Part shown: one piece after another, positions 29,675-39,022 of the stretch
Layout: every line of letters begins with the position of its first letter
Position numbering within the stretch: position 1 is the first letter of the stretch
Source of the DNA: Pelagibacteraceae bacterium AG-319-F18
GTDB lineage: Bacteria; Pseudomonadota; Alphaproteobacteria; Pelagibacterales; Pelagibacteraceae
Reading direction: 5' to 3'
NCBI GenBank assembly: GCA_003283905.1
Contig: QBXA01000004.1
Location: forward strand, 11,975-75,974
DNA length: 64,000 nucleotides
Program-made: the position numbers and the translations under genes
The notes under the pieces: model-generated
Seen by the model: only the letters and a program-made list of their open reading frames with translations
Database searches by the model: none
Told to the model about the DNA's origin: nothing

Positions 29675-30432
29675 TGCTTAAAATAAGAATTATACCTTCT
29701 TTGTTATTTAATGGATCAAATCTAGTAAAAGGAAAAAAGTTTAATAGCTGGAGAACTGTTGGATCAGTGTTTCAAAATATTAAACTTTATAGCTTAAGAA
29801 ATGTAGATGAATTAATCTTTTTAGATATTAAGGCATATAAAAATAAAACAATTGATTTTAATTTAATCGATGACTTTGCTGATGAATGTTTTATGCCATT
29901 AACTGTTGGTGGTGGTATTAGGAATATACAAGATATAGAGGAGACACTTAGAAGAGGGGCTGACAAAGTTTCAATTAATAGTGCTGCATTTCACAATCAC
30001 AAGTTAATTGATAATGCGGTAAAATATTTTGGAAGCCAGTGTATTATTTTGTCTATTGATTATAAAATGGATGAAAAAGGTAACAAAAGGATTTTTCTTA
30101 ATTCTGAAAAAAAATTATCTAATATTGATTTATTTGAATACATAGACAAAATAGATTCTTCTAAACCAGGAGAAATTTTACTAACATCTGTTGATCACGA
30201 TGGAATGATGGAAGGATACGATATTGATACAATAAAAAAAATAAATCAATTTTCAAACACTCCAATAATTGCATCAGGTGGTGCAGGATCTGCAGAAGAT
30301 ATTTATGCAGTAATTAAAGAAGCAAATGTTAAAGCTGTTGCAGCTTCAAGTATTTTCCATTTTACAGAGATAACTCCTCTTAACGTTAAAAATTATCTCA
30401 GCTCAAAGGGGATAAAGGTAAGAAAAAATTAA
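29674..30432 (+). CDS. HisF-like cyclase (WbuZ/HisF2-type)
   Basis: RIIPSL, DELIFLDI, MPLTVGGGIR, GADKVSINS, DHDGMMEGYD, IASGGAG. Confidence 0.85.
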   Translation: MLKIRIIPSLLFNGSNLVKGKKFNSWRTVGSVFQNIKLYSLRNVDELIFLDIKAYKNKTIDFNLIDDFADECFMPLTVGGGIRNIQDIEETLRRGADKVSINSAAFHNHKLIDNAVKYFGSQCIILSIDYKMDEKGNKRIFLNSEKKLSNIDLFEYIDKIDSSKPGEILLTSVDHDGMMEGYDIDTIKKINQFSNTPIIASGGAGSAEDIYAVIKEANVKAVAASSIFHFTEITPLNVKNYLSSKGIKVRKN

Positions 30433-31541
30433 TAATTATTAAATACCAACATAGCTAACTCATCGTTATGGGTATTTGCAATATATAATCTATCATTATT
30501 ATAAAATAAATCGAATGGACTATGTAATTTCAAGTCAATTGGCGAAATTGAATAACTTTTTATTTTAGTTAATGATTTATTATAATTATAGTGTGTGTAA
30601 TTATTTTCTACAATTTTAAATTTTAAATTCCAATCATAATCAAAAGCAAAAATAGAATGTGTTCCTACATCACTTACAAATATCAATTTATCACTAAAAG
30701 CAATTCCTGTTATTGTTTTAAAAATTTCTTTTAGATTATTTTTTCTTTCTAAGAAGTCATTATTAATTTTATTGATAACATTAAAATTTTTATCCAAAAC
30801 AATAATTTCATTATTGCCAGTGTCTATTACATAGTAATTTTTGGTGTCATGTCTTATCATATGAGGTTTTTTAAACTTATGATTACTGATTTTAGAAAGT
30901 TTTTTTTTAATATTTAAATCTTCTAAATTAAAAATATATATATCTCCCTGTAACTCTTCTCCATCTCCATAATCTGCGACTAATAAATTTTTTTTTTCAA
31001 TATCTAAATATGAATGTGATACACCCTTGAAACCACCAAATGCTTTTTTATCATCCTCAGTACAACTGCCTAGACAATGTTTTGGTACATATGTGAAACC
31101 TTTATTATTACCCCCAGAATTTGGGATATATTGGGATATATACATATTACCATTGATATCAAAATCTATAGAATGAACATTCGTCATTTTTCCTACTATC
31201 TTATTATTATTTTCGAAAATTATTTTATCATCAAGATTTTCAAACGATTTTTCAAAATTTCCAAAAAAATTCATAAAACTCAAATAATTACCGTCTAAAT
31301 CAAGTTTAACAATTCTATTATGAAATGTACTACTAGCGTAAATATTATTTTTATAAATATTTAGTCCAAAAATTTGAGATACTTTTTTTTTATAAATTTT
31401 AAAATTTGACTCAAAATTATAATTTTCATCAGACAAAATTATTTTATTTTGATTGATGTAATTTTTTAGAATAAATATTATTAACAATAAAAAAAAGAAT
31501 GATATATAGAAATTTTTTTTATTATAAAATTTTTTAATCAT
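30429..31541 (-). CDS. Membrane-anchored NHL-like beta-propeller protein
   Basis: N-terminal TM; repeats VADYG, VIDTGNNEI, VSDVGTHSI, IANTHND. Confidence 0.6.
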   Translation of the reverse strand: MIKKFYNKKNFYISFFFLLLIIFILKNYINQNKIILSDENYNFESNFKIYKKKVSQIFGLNIYKNNIYASSTFHNRIVKLDLDGNYLSFMNFFGNFEKSFENLDDKIIFENNNKIVGKMTNVHSIDFDINGNMYISQYIPNSGGNNKGFTYVPKHCLGSCTEDDKKAFGGFKGVSHSYLDIEKKNLLVADYGDGEELQGDIYIFNLEDLNIKKKLSKISNHKFKKPHMIRHDTKNYYVIDTGNNEIIVLDKNFNVINKINNDFLERKNNLKEIFKTITGIAFSDKLIFVSDVGTHSIFAFDYDWNLKFKIVENNYTHYNYNKSLTKIKSYSISPIDLKLHSPFDLFYNNDRLYIANTHNDELAMLVFNNY

Positions 31542-31550
31542 TGAAATATT

Positions 31551-32534
31551 TTAAATCAATCGAGAAAGATCTCTTTTGGTTGTCTTAAAGGTAGGAAGTG
31601 GATATTTAAAAGCATATTTTCTTGGTATACATTTTTCTTTAGCTTTCTCCCATAACATTAACCACTGTTTAAAATTTTGAATTTTGATATTTTTTTTATA
31701 CTTGCTCCTGACATAAAAATTTGGAAGTGGTTCTCTTCCAGAAGGTTGACCAGCGACATTGTATCTGAGATCAGCACTAATTCTAAAATCATTTGATCTA
31801 TTTGGGAGAGAGCAATGTATCGAATGTTTATGTAAAAGAATTAGATCTCCAACATCTGCCTCAAGATAAATATACTCCATTTTATCTAACAGCTCGCTAT
31901 TTTTTAATTCAACTTGTCCTTTATATCCAGAAATGTGGTTCAGTAATCCCATTTTGTTAATTTTTTTTACAGTAATCATGCAGCCATTTCTTTTTGTAGT
32001 TTTTGTAAAAGGGATCCAAACAGTAACCATATCAGTTAATTTTTGTCCTTTTGTATTTAGAACTGCTGCATCCTGATGCCAAGGGGTTCTGCCACTTAAA
32101 CCATCGTTGATTGATTCTCGAGGTAATTTTTTTTCAGGTTGTTTAATTCTGGTATTTTGCACAGGATTGGACATAATTTCCTTTCCTAAAATTTTTTCAA
32201 CAACATCTAGAATATTTTTATTAGTAATTAAATTCCATAGAGATTGGGTAGCAAAATAGTCACTATCTTTTTTAACATGATCTCTTGGCAACCTTGTATT
32301 AAAATATTGATCTAAATCATCAATTTTTAAAGTTGATACATATGAATATTTTTTTTTAAAATCTAAATTAAGAATCTTTTTAATTTCTTTTTTTTTAGCA
32401 TGCTTTTGAATTAAACAATCCATTACAAATTCCATATCATTAAGAACTGGTTTTAGATCTCGGTTATAATCCAAAACATTTTTCACTATCAAGTACCCTT
32501 GTGCGGATAAATTTTTTTGAAGATTATTTATCAT
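31551..32534 (-). CDS. Phytanoyl-CoA dioxygenase family Fe(II)/2OG oxygenase
   Basis: TPWHQDA HxD motif, VWIPF, NGCM, IHCSLPNRS, RISADLRY. Confidence 0.85.
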   Translation of the reverse strand: MINNLQKNLSAQGYLIVKNVLDYNRDLKPVLNDMEFVMDCLIQKHAKKKEIKKILNLDFKKKYSYVSTLKIDDLDQYFNTRLPRDHVKKDSDYFATQSLWNLITNKNILDVVEKILGKEIMSNPVQNTRIKQPEKKLPRESINDGLSGRTPWHQDAAVLNTKGQKLTDMVTVWIPFTKTTKRNGCMITVKKINKMGLLNHISGYKGQVELKNSELLDKMEYIYLEADVGDLILLHKHSIHCSLPNRSNDFRISADLRYNVAGQPSGREPLPNFYVRSKYKKNIKIQNFKQWLMLWEKAKEKCIPRKYAFKYPLPTFKTTKRDLSRLI

Positions 32535-32566
32535 GAATAAAAATTTAATCTAATTTTACTATAATA

Positions 32567-33436
32567 TCAATTTTTTGGAGCAGATGTAAGGTAGTTTGCG
32601 TTATGAAATGAGGTTAGCATTCTTTTTTTTGTGTTTATAATATGCGGATAGTATGGAGTTCCTTTATATTTCCATATCACAGGTTTATTAAGAGCGTAAC
32701 TTCCATAAATAAAAAAACGTTTAGAACAATTTTTTTCTACAAACAGACTTACACCATGGTAGGAATTTGGAGTAGATTGGAAAAAAATTACTGTACCCTT
32801 TTTAGGTGTAAATGATTTTACAACTTCTAACTCATTTATTTTCGGAAATCGTTTAAAGCTTTTCCTAAATTTTTTTTTTGTTTTTTTTCTATATATAGTA
32901 AGTGAGCCCCCATTTTTTTTAGGTATATCATTTAAATAAATTAAAAAATTATAAACCCTTGTTATATCATCTCTATGTGGTCTTAACCTATATCCTCCTT
33001 TAGAAACTGAGAAATCAATATCTAAATTTACTTTAGGATTAGTGTAATTGTTTCCAAACAATTTTTTTAATTCGTTAGAATTTAATTTTTTTTTAATAGT
33101 AAATTTACTAGTATTAAAAACTTCTGGTTTGTAAGAATTTGTCCAAGATTGATTTTTAAAGTTTTTATAAAAAAGGTTTTCAATTCTTTTATAAAATAAC
33201 TTACTGTTAAATAATCTAAAAAGTTTTGCAGATTTATCTGAACGCTTAATATATGATTTAAAATTTTTTGAACCCTTATTAATTCTACTCCTTCCCCTCA
33301 TAATCATATCATCAAATGCTTTGGAGTTACTGATTTCATCAATTAGTAAATTACAAATATCTTTAGAGACAACATTGCTACCTATTAAAACAGGAAAGTT
33401 ACTTTTGATCTTTTTTAATTTACCAGTATTAAGCAT
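32567..33436 (-). CDS. 2OG-Fe(II) oxygenase superfamily protein
   Basis: LRPHRDD, FLIYLN, GGSL, SYHGV...KR. Confidence 0.75.
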   Translation of the reverse strand: MLNTGKLKKIKSNFPVLIGSNVVSKDICNLLIDEISNSKAFDDMIMRGRSRINKGSKNFKSYIKRSDKSAKLFRLFNSKLFYKRIENLFYKNFKNQSWTNSYKPEVFNTSKFTIKKKLNSNELKKLFGNNYTNPKVNLDIDFSVSKGGYRLRPHRDDITRVYNFLIYLNDIPKKNGGSLTIYRKKTKKKFRKSFKRFPKINELEVVKSFTPKKGTVIFFQSTPNSYHGVSLFVEKNCSKRFFIYGSYALNKPVIWKYKGTPYYPHIINTKKRMLTSFHNANYLTSAPKN

Positions 33437-34381
33437 TTAGCTATACATACCTTCTTTTACTTTAATCATCTTATACATGAGATCATTTAAAGGAGTCTTT
33501 ATTCCTCGTTTTCGGCCAATTTTTGAAACAGCACCACTAATAAAGTCTATTTCTGTTTTTCTTTTGTATAGAATATCAAAAGCCATTGAAGATTTGTTAG
33601 TCTGCATTGAGTCAACGATTTTATTGAACATAAATAAACATTCATCCTCAGAAACATTTACACCATCGGCAAGTGCAACTTCTTTAGTTTCTAAAATTAT
33701 TTCTTTACCTAGTCTTCTCGCTACTTCGTTCGCTTTGTTATTTACATAAAGGTCTGTATGATGAAGGTCAAAAATCGCTGACAATGGTCCAATTGCAGTT
33801 AAAGCAAAAAGTTTCATCCACTTTCTTTTCTTAACATCTTCTGCCGCAATCATTTCTAAATTATGAGCGGTAAAAGTATCTGCTATTTCACTAATTCTAT
33901 TAGTAACTCCTCCCTCGTACTCACCAATCCATGACGGTAAAGAACCATGATTCATGATATGACCAGGACCTAAAATATTTGAAGCTTGAGTAGTTGTTCC
34001 ACCTATTACTTTTTCACTTCCAACAATACTTTGGATGATTGCTTCATGACCAATTCCATTTTGAAATGACATGAATACTGTTTTGTCATCAATTATGTTT
34101 TTTATACTATTTAGTGCTGGCTCTAGAGCTGTAGCTTTACACATAACAATTACAGCATCTACTTTGTCTAACGATGATGGATCTGAAGTAGCTTTAACTT
34201 TAATTACACGATCTCCACCATGACCGTCCATTTTCAAACCATCTTTATTAATCGCATCTACATGCTCTTTCCAAACATCAATTAAAATTACATTTAGTCC
34301 TTTTTCAGCAAGCAATCCTCCAAATAAACAACCCATTGCTCCTGCACCAAGCACTGCTACTTTTAAATTTTTATTTATCAT
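33437..34381 (-). CDS. panE: Ketopantoate reductase family protein
   Basis: GAGAMG, FQNGIG, WMKL, KSSMAFD, KTEID, GIKTP. Confidence 0.8.
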   Translation of the reverse strand: MINKNLKVAVLGAGAMGCLFGGLLAEKGLNVILIDVWKEHVDAINKDGLKMDGHGGDRVIKVKATSDPSSLDKVDAVIVMCKATALEPALNSIKNIIDDKTVFMSFQNGIGHEAIIQSIVGSEKVIGGTTTQASNILGPGHIMNHGSLPSWIGEYEGGVTNRISEIADTFTAHNLEMIAAEDVKKRKWMKLFALTAIGPLSAIFDLHHTDLYVNNKANEVARRLGKEIILETKEVALADGVNVSEDECLFMFNKIVDSMQTNKSSMAFDILYKRKTEIDFISGAVSKIGRKRGIKTPLNDLMYKMIKVKEGMYS

Positions 34382-34466
34382 TGAATCTTTTTAAATTAAT
34401 TTATGTATAGATATTATATATATTATCTATAGACATTATGCAAAATAAAATATAGCTTAATTAAAG

Positions 34467-35435
34467 ATGCAATTAAAAATAGAAAAATCTAAATTTAAAG
34501 AATATTCACTGGATAAAATTTCTGATGCTTTACAAAGCGGATTATCAATCAATTATAAAGTGGTTGAAGTATCAATAGTTGATTGCCCAAATTTAAGAGA
34601 TTGGGGCTGTCCATCTGAAGGAATTAGTGGCAATCAAAAAATTATAGATGTTGGTGGCGAACCTTACATGCATGATCCTAAATTCATTGGCGCTGAATTT
34701 GATTATGAAAAAATTTCTAAAATGATTGGTTCAGAAAAGTCTTATGCTTTAGGAGCTGGTTCAGGTGCTATGTCATGTTTAGATGGCCATTGTGGAGAGT
34801 TAGTAATTAATGAAAATCTAATTACCTCAGAGTCGAAATCAATAATAGCTCGAGTTGGAAAAGATAAAGAATGTATTGCTGAAAAATATACAGCTAGAAA
34901 ACATGGTGGTTTAGGTAATGTTTTTTATACCGACGGAGTTAAAGGAAAGGTTGTTAAAATTAAAATAAAAGGAAGATCTGGAGAACAGGGTTCTTTAACT
35001 CAAGCAATGAGAAAAGCTTTGTCTGATAATTTGCAAATTAAAGGTAATGACCACATTGCTTTGGCTGGTGTTTTTAGAATTTTAAATGGAAAGATAAGAT
35101 CTCATGTTCAACCTGATTATAAAGACATTAAGCATGAATATTATGATCCTAAACAAATGAAATGTGTAAAAGATTTTTTACAATTTTATGAACCCGTTGG
35201 ACCTGAGCTACAAGGTTATTGTGTGCTTTGGACGGGTGACCCAACAGGAGGAGATCTTAATTTAAGAGAATCTGGAGAACACACTCATTTTCATTCATAT
35301 ACAAAAGATAATATAGCAGGTCATTATCACTTTGATGTAACTCCTGAAGAAATAGAATATGAGGGTTATTTTAATATCGCAGATGAAGTACACAGAGTTA
35401 ATAATATATACAAGGAATTAACTAATAAAAAATAA
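34467..35435 (+). CDS. DUF1907 / C11orf54 (PTD012)-like zinc protein
   Basis: VSIVDCPNL, IIDVGGEPY, HVQPDY, EHTHFHS...GHYHFDVTPEEIEYEGYFN match the C11orf54 His cluster. Confidence 0.8.
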   Translation: MQLKIEKSKFKEYSLDKISDALQSGLSINYKVVEVSIVDCPNLRDWGCPSEGISGNQKIIDVGGEPYMHDPKFIGAEFDYEKISKMIGSEKSYALGAGSGAMSCLDGHCGELVINENLITSESKSIIARVGKDKECIAEKYTARKHGGLGNVFYTDGVKGKVVKIKIKGRSGEQGSLTQAMRKALSDNLQIKGNDHIALAGVFRILNGKIRSHVQPDYKDIKHEYYDPKQMKCVKDFLQFYEPVGPELQGYCVLWTGDPTGGDLNLRESGEHTHFHSYTKDNIAGHYHFDVTPEEIEYEGYFNIADEVHRVNNIYKELTNKK

Positions 35436-35470
35436 TGTTAATTTAACATTCTTTGAGATAACATTTTAGG

Positions 35471-35887
35471 ATGAAGAAACAATTTAAGTACCCAAAACAT
35501 TTTGAGGAGCAAAAAAAAATTCCAAAGATTACTCAAAAAAGAATTAAATTAGCTGAAGTTTCACTAGGTGATTTCGAAGGAAGATTAGAGAACGAACTAC
35601 TTAATTGGTTTTCTTTAACACCTCAGCATTGGATAATGCTGCATATGGTAATGCTTGCTTATTATAAAAATAAATCAATTACTAAAAACGAACTATTAAA
35701 AGTCATTGAAAAATCTTACTTAACCTCAAACGTTTATATAGACACAGCTATTAAAAAAGGTTTTTTTAGAATTATTAGAAACGTAAAAGATAAGAGATCA
35801 ATTTTTATTTTACCATCGGTAATTACAATAAAAACTTTTGAAGGGTTTATTGATAGAAGAGATATTCTTTATAAAGGTATTTCATGA
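35471..35887 (+). CDS. Putative winged-helix (MarR-like) protein, similar to 15175..15522
   Basis: HWIMLHMVMLAY..KSITKNEL...GFF...DKRSIFILPS aligns by eye with the tdm-adjacent protein. Confidence 0.55.
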   Translation: MKKQFKYPKHFEEQKKIPKITQKRIKLAEVSLGDFEGRLENELLNWFSLTPQHWIMLHMVMLAYYKNKSITKNELLKVIEKSYLTSNVYIDTAIKKGFFRIIRNVKDKRSIFILPSVITIKTFEGFIDRRDILYKGIS

Positions 35888-36702
35888 AAAATATTTATAC
35901 TTGGGCTGCGCAACCAGCTAAACGAACTTTAACGGTAGCTGATCTAAAAGTAGCTAAAGGCAAAAAGAAATTTACTCAAGTCACAGTAAACTCACATGAA
36001 GAAGCTTATGCTGCAGAGAAAGCTGGTTTTGATATGATTATCTGCCAAGCTAAAAATGTTTTAAAAGCAAGAGAAGGATCAAAGCATTTATTTTTAACAG
36101 CTTCTTTAATTCTTAATGAATATGTTACTAAAGAAGATATTATGAGAGGAGCATTCAAAGCATTAGAGGGTGGTGCTGATGCTGTAATGACACCTAGAAG
36201 TATGGATGTTGTCGAAATGTTAACTAAAGAAGATGTTCCTGTTATGGGTCATTTAGGTTTGGTACCTAGAAAATCCACATCACTTGGTGGAATGAGAGCA
36301 ATAGGAAAAACCTCAAATGAAGCATTTGAATTATTTCAAAAATTTAAAAGGTTAGAAGATGCGGGTGCTTTTTCAGCAGAATGTGAAGTTATACCAGAAA
36401 ATGTAATGGGTGAAATTTCTAAAAGAACAAATATCGTAACAGTATCCTTAGGAGCAGGAAGAAAAGCCGATGTAATGTATTTATTTATGGAAGATATATG
36501 TGGAGATACAGAAAATTTACCAAGACATTCAAAAGCTTATGGTAATTTATTAAAACTTAGAAATGAAATTAAACTTGAGAGGATAAGAGCCCTTAAAGCT
36601 TTCAAAAAAGATTCTATGAGTGGAAAATTTCCAGGAAAAAAACAATCTTCTAATTTAGATAAAATACAATTTGAGGAATTTTTAAATCAATTAGATCAAT
36701 AA
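35884..36702 (+). CDS. Divergent PanB-like (ketopantoate hydroxymethyltransferase fold) protein
   Basis: PVMGHLGLVP, GGMRAIGKT, LEDAGAFSAECEVIP, SLGAG; lacks the canonical GDS and DMPF motifs. Confidence 0.72.
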   Translation: MKNIYTWAAQPAKRTLTVADLKVAKGKKKFTQVTVNSHEEAYAAEKAGFDMIICQAKNVLKAREGSKHLFLTASLILNEYVTKEDIMRGAFKALEGGADAVMTPRSMDVVEMLTKEDVPVMGHLGLVPRKSTSLGGMRAIGKTSNEAFELFQKFKRLEDAGAFSAECEVIPENVMGEISKRTNIVTVSLGAGRKADVMYLFMEDICGDTENLPRHSKAYGNLLKLRNEIKLERIRALKAFKKDSMSGKFPGKKQSSNLDKIQFEEFLNQLDQ

Positions 36703-37487
36703 GCTTTAGATTCTTCTTTTTTAGAAAAACCTTTCATTTGTTCAACTACTGCTTTTGCACCTGCGCTTAATGCTCTTTGATCAGCACCAATTGTTACAAA
36801 ATTAAAACCTTTATCGATCATTTTTTTGGCATATTCTGGAGTGCCGTTATGAATACCAGCAAAAATATTATTTTTTTTAGCGTGCTCTAAAATTCTTAAA
36901 ATTTCTGAATAAGCTTTTGTGCTTTCTGGTCTATCGAAACCTGGCTCTTCACCTATAGCTAAACTTAAATCTGCAGGACCAATATAAATTCCATCAACAC
37001 CTTGTGTTGACATAATTTCATCAAGCTTATCTAATGATTCTTTAGTTTCTATCATAGCTAATTTAAGCATTTCATCATTTGCATGTTTTGAGTAATCAGA
37101 ACCACCATAAATCAAACCTCTTACTGGACCAAAACTTCTATAACCTCTTGGTGGATACATGCATGCTTGTACAAATCTTTCTGCCTCTTCTTTATTGCTT
37201 ACCATAGGACAGATAATACCATAACAACCTGCATCAAGAATTTTCATTATTTGACCTGGCTCATTCCAATTTACTCTAGCAAGTGGAGTAACATCTGTTG
37301 TTGAAATCGTTTGCAGCATTGGAAGAGCATTAGTGTAATCAACTAAACCATGCTGCATATCAATTGTTAGAGAGTCCCAACCTTGATGGGCCATTACTTC
37401 AGCTGAAACAGTACTTGGTATTTGAAGCCAACCATTAACAACAGGTTTTCCTGCCTTCATCATTTCTTTAACTTTATTTTTTCTCAT
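36696..37487 (-). CDS. HpcH/HpaI-family 2-keto-3-deoxy sugar acid aldolase
   Basis: IDMQHG, LARV, ILDAG, YPPRGYRSFG, MIET, YIGPADL. Confidence 0.85.
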   Translation of the reverse strand: MRKNKVKEMMKAGKPVVNGWLQIPSTVSAEVMAHQGWDSLTIDMQHGLVDYTNALPMLQTISTTDVTPLARVNWNEPGQIMKILDAGCYGIICPMVSNKEEAERFVQACMYPPRGYRSFGPVRGLIYGGSDYSKHANDEMLKLAMIETKESLDKLDEIMSTQGVDGIYIGPADLSLAIGEEPGFDRPESTKAYSEILRILEHAKKNNIFAGIHNGTPEYAKKMIDKGFNFVTIGADQRALSAGAKAVVEQMKGFSKKEESKAY

Positions 37488-37489
37488 AG

Positions 37490-38932
37490 TTATATTTTTA
37501 GACCCATATGAGTATATTTTACATTTAAGTAATCTTTGATTGCTCCAGAACCACCTTCACGTCCATAACCAGTTTGTTTAATACCTCCAAAAGGAGCTTC
37601 AGCTAATGCTACTACACCAGTATTAACTGCAACACATCCAGACTCTAATTTTTCAGAACCAATATGAGCTTGGTCCATTGAATTTGTGTAAAGATAGCTA
37701 CATAAACCTAAATCATTATCATTTGCTCTTTCAATAACTTCGTCAAAGGTTTTAAAAGTTAAAATAGGCACAAGTGGACCAAAAGGTTCTTCTTTCATAA
37801 TTGTAAAATTATCTTTTACATCATCAAAAACTGTTGGTTCATAATAGTAACCTTTATTAAAACCAGCAGGTCTTTTTCCACCCATTAATACTTTTGCACC
37901 TTCACTTTTTGTTTTCTCTACTAATTTTTCAATTTCTTCTAATCTTTTTGCGGTACTTAATGGCCCTAATTCAACACCTTCGTCCATACCATTACCTATC
38001 TTTAATTTTTTTGCTCTATCCATAAAAGCACTCACAAACTCATCTTTTCTATTTTCTTGGATATAAAATCTATTAGGTGAGATACATACTTGTCCATTAT
38101 TTCTAAACTTTCCAGTAATCGCTATGTCAGCAACTTTGTTCATGTCCACATCTTCACATACTATAAAAGGAGAGTGTCCACTTAGTTCCATTGTAACTCT
38201 TTGAACTTTATCAGCAGCTTTCTTTAAAATTATTTTACCAACTCTCGTTGAACCAGTAATTGAAACTTTTTTGATTATATCAGATTCCATTAGTTCATTA
38301 GATATCTCAGCTGGATCACCTGATAGAAGATTTACTACTCCATCTGGTAGACCCGCTTCTTTACATATATTAACTAATTCCATTACAGCACCAGGAGTAA
38401 TTGTATCTGGTTTACAAATAACAGAACATCCTGCAGCTAAAGCTGTAGAAATTTTTCTTGATGCTAAAACTATTGGAAAATTCCAAGGAACTAAAGCAGC
38501 AACAACTCCTACTGGCTGAAAATAAACATGAACTCTTGTATCTGGGAATCTACTTTGTTGTGTTTGACCATAAATTCTTTTTGTCTCTTCTGCATTCCAT
38601 TCAAAAATATCAGCCCCACCACCAACTTCACCAACAGCTTCTGCAAGAGGCTTTCCTACTTCAAGAGTTAGCCATTTTGCAAGAATATCTTTTTTTTCCC
38701 TCATTAAGTCAGCAATTTTTCTAAGTGTATAAGCTCTTTGCCATGGTGCAGTATTTTTCCAAACTTCCAAACCTTTTTCTGCAGATTTTAAAGCTCTCTG
38801 CACTTCAACAGATGATGCTTTTGATGCTTTTCCAATTACTTCTTCAGTAGCTGGGTTAATTACGTCATATGTTTCATTTTTTTCTGCTTGCTGCCATTTA
38901 CCGTCAATGAATTGTCCAAATTTGTTATACAT
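37490..38932 (-). CDS. NAD-dependent aldehyde dehydrogenase (succinate/alpha-ketoglutarate semialdehyde dehydrogenase-like)
   Basis: PWNFP, TGSTRVG, MELSGHSP, KFRNNGQVCISP, EEPFGP, PFGGIKQTGYGREG. Confidence 0.85.
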   Translation of the reverse strand: MYNKFGQFIDGKWQQAEKNETYDVINPATEEVIGKASKASSVEVQRALKSAEKGLEVWKNTAPWQRAYTLRKIADLMREKKDILAKWLTLEVGKPLAEAVGEVGGGADIFEWNAEETKRIYGQTQQSRFPDTRVHVYFQPVGVVAALVPWNFPIVLASRKISTALAAGCSVICKPDTITPGAVMELVNICKEAGLPDGVVNLLSGDPAEISNELMESDIIKKVSITGSTRVGKIILKKAADKVQRVTMELSGHSPFIVCEDVDMNKVADIAITGKFRNNGQVCISPNRFYIQENRKDEFVSAFMDRAKKLKIGNGMDEGVELGPLSTAKRLEEIEKLVEKTKSEGAKVLMGGKRPAGFNKGYYYEPTVFDDVKDNFTIMKEEPFGPLVPILTFKTFDEVIERANDNDLGLCSYLYTNSMDQAHIGSEKLESGCVAVNTGVVALAEAPFGGIKQTGYGREGGSGAIKDYLNVKYTHMGLKI

Positions 38933-39022
38933 AGATTTTTTTTAAGTTTACTTAATTGGGTTTTATAATTTATAGTTTAATTATATATAAACATTATACA
39001 TAATTAAAGTTAAACTTAATTT

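Noticed and set aside
29063-30432. Histidine biosynthesis hisH/hisF
   Set aside because: No other his genes are present, and both are coupled to a WbuX-type amidotransferase, typical of glycan-modifying paralogues
27726-33436. Mobile element or prophage explaining the AT-rich cassette
   Set aside because: No integrase, transposase, tRNA anchor or flanking direct repeats were seen
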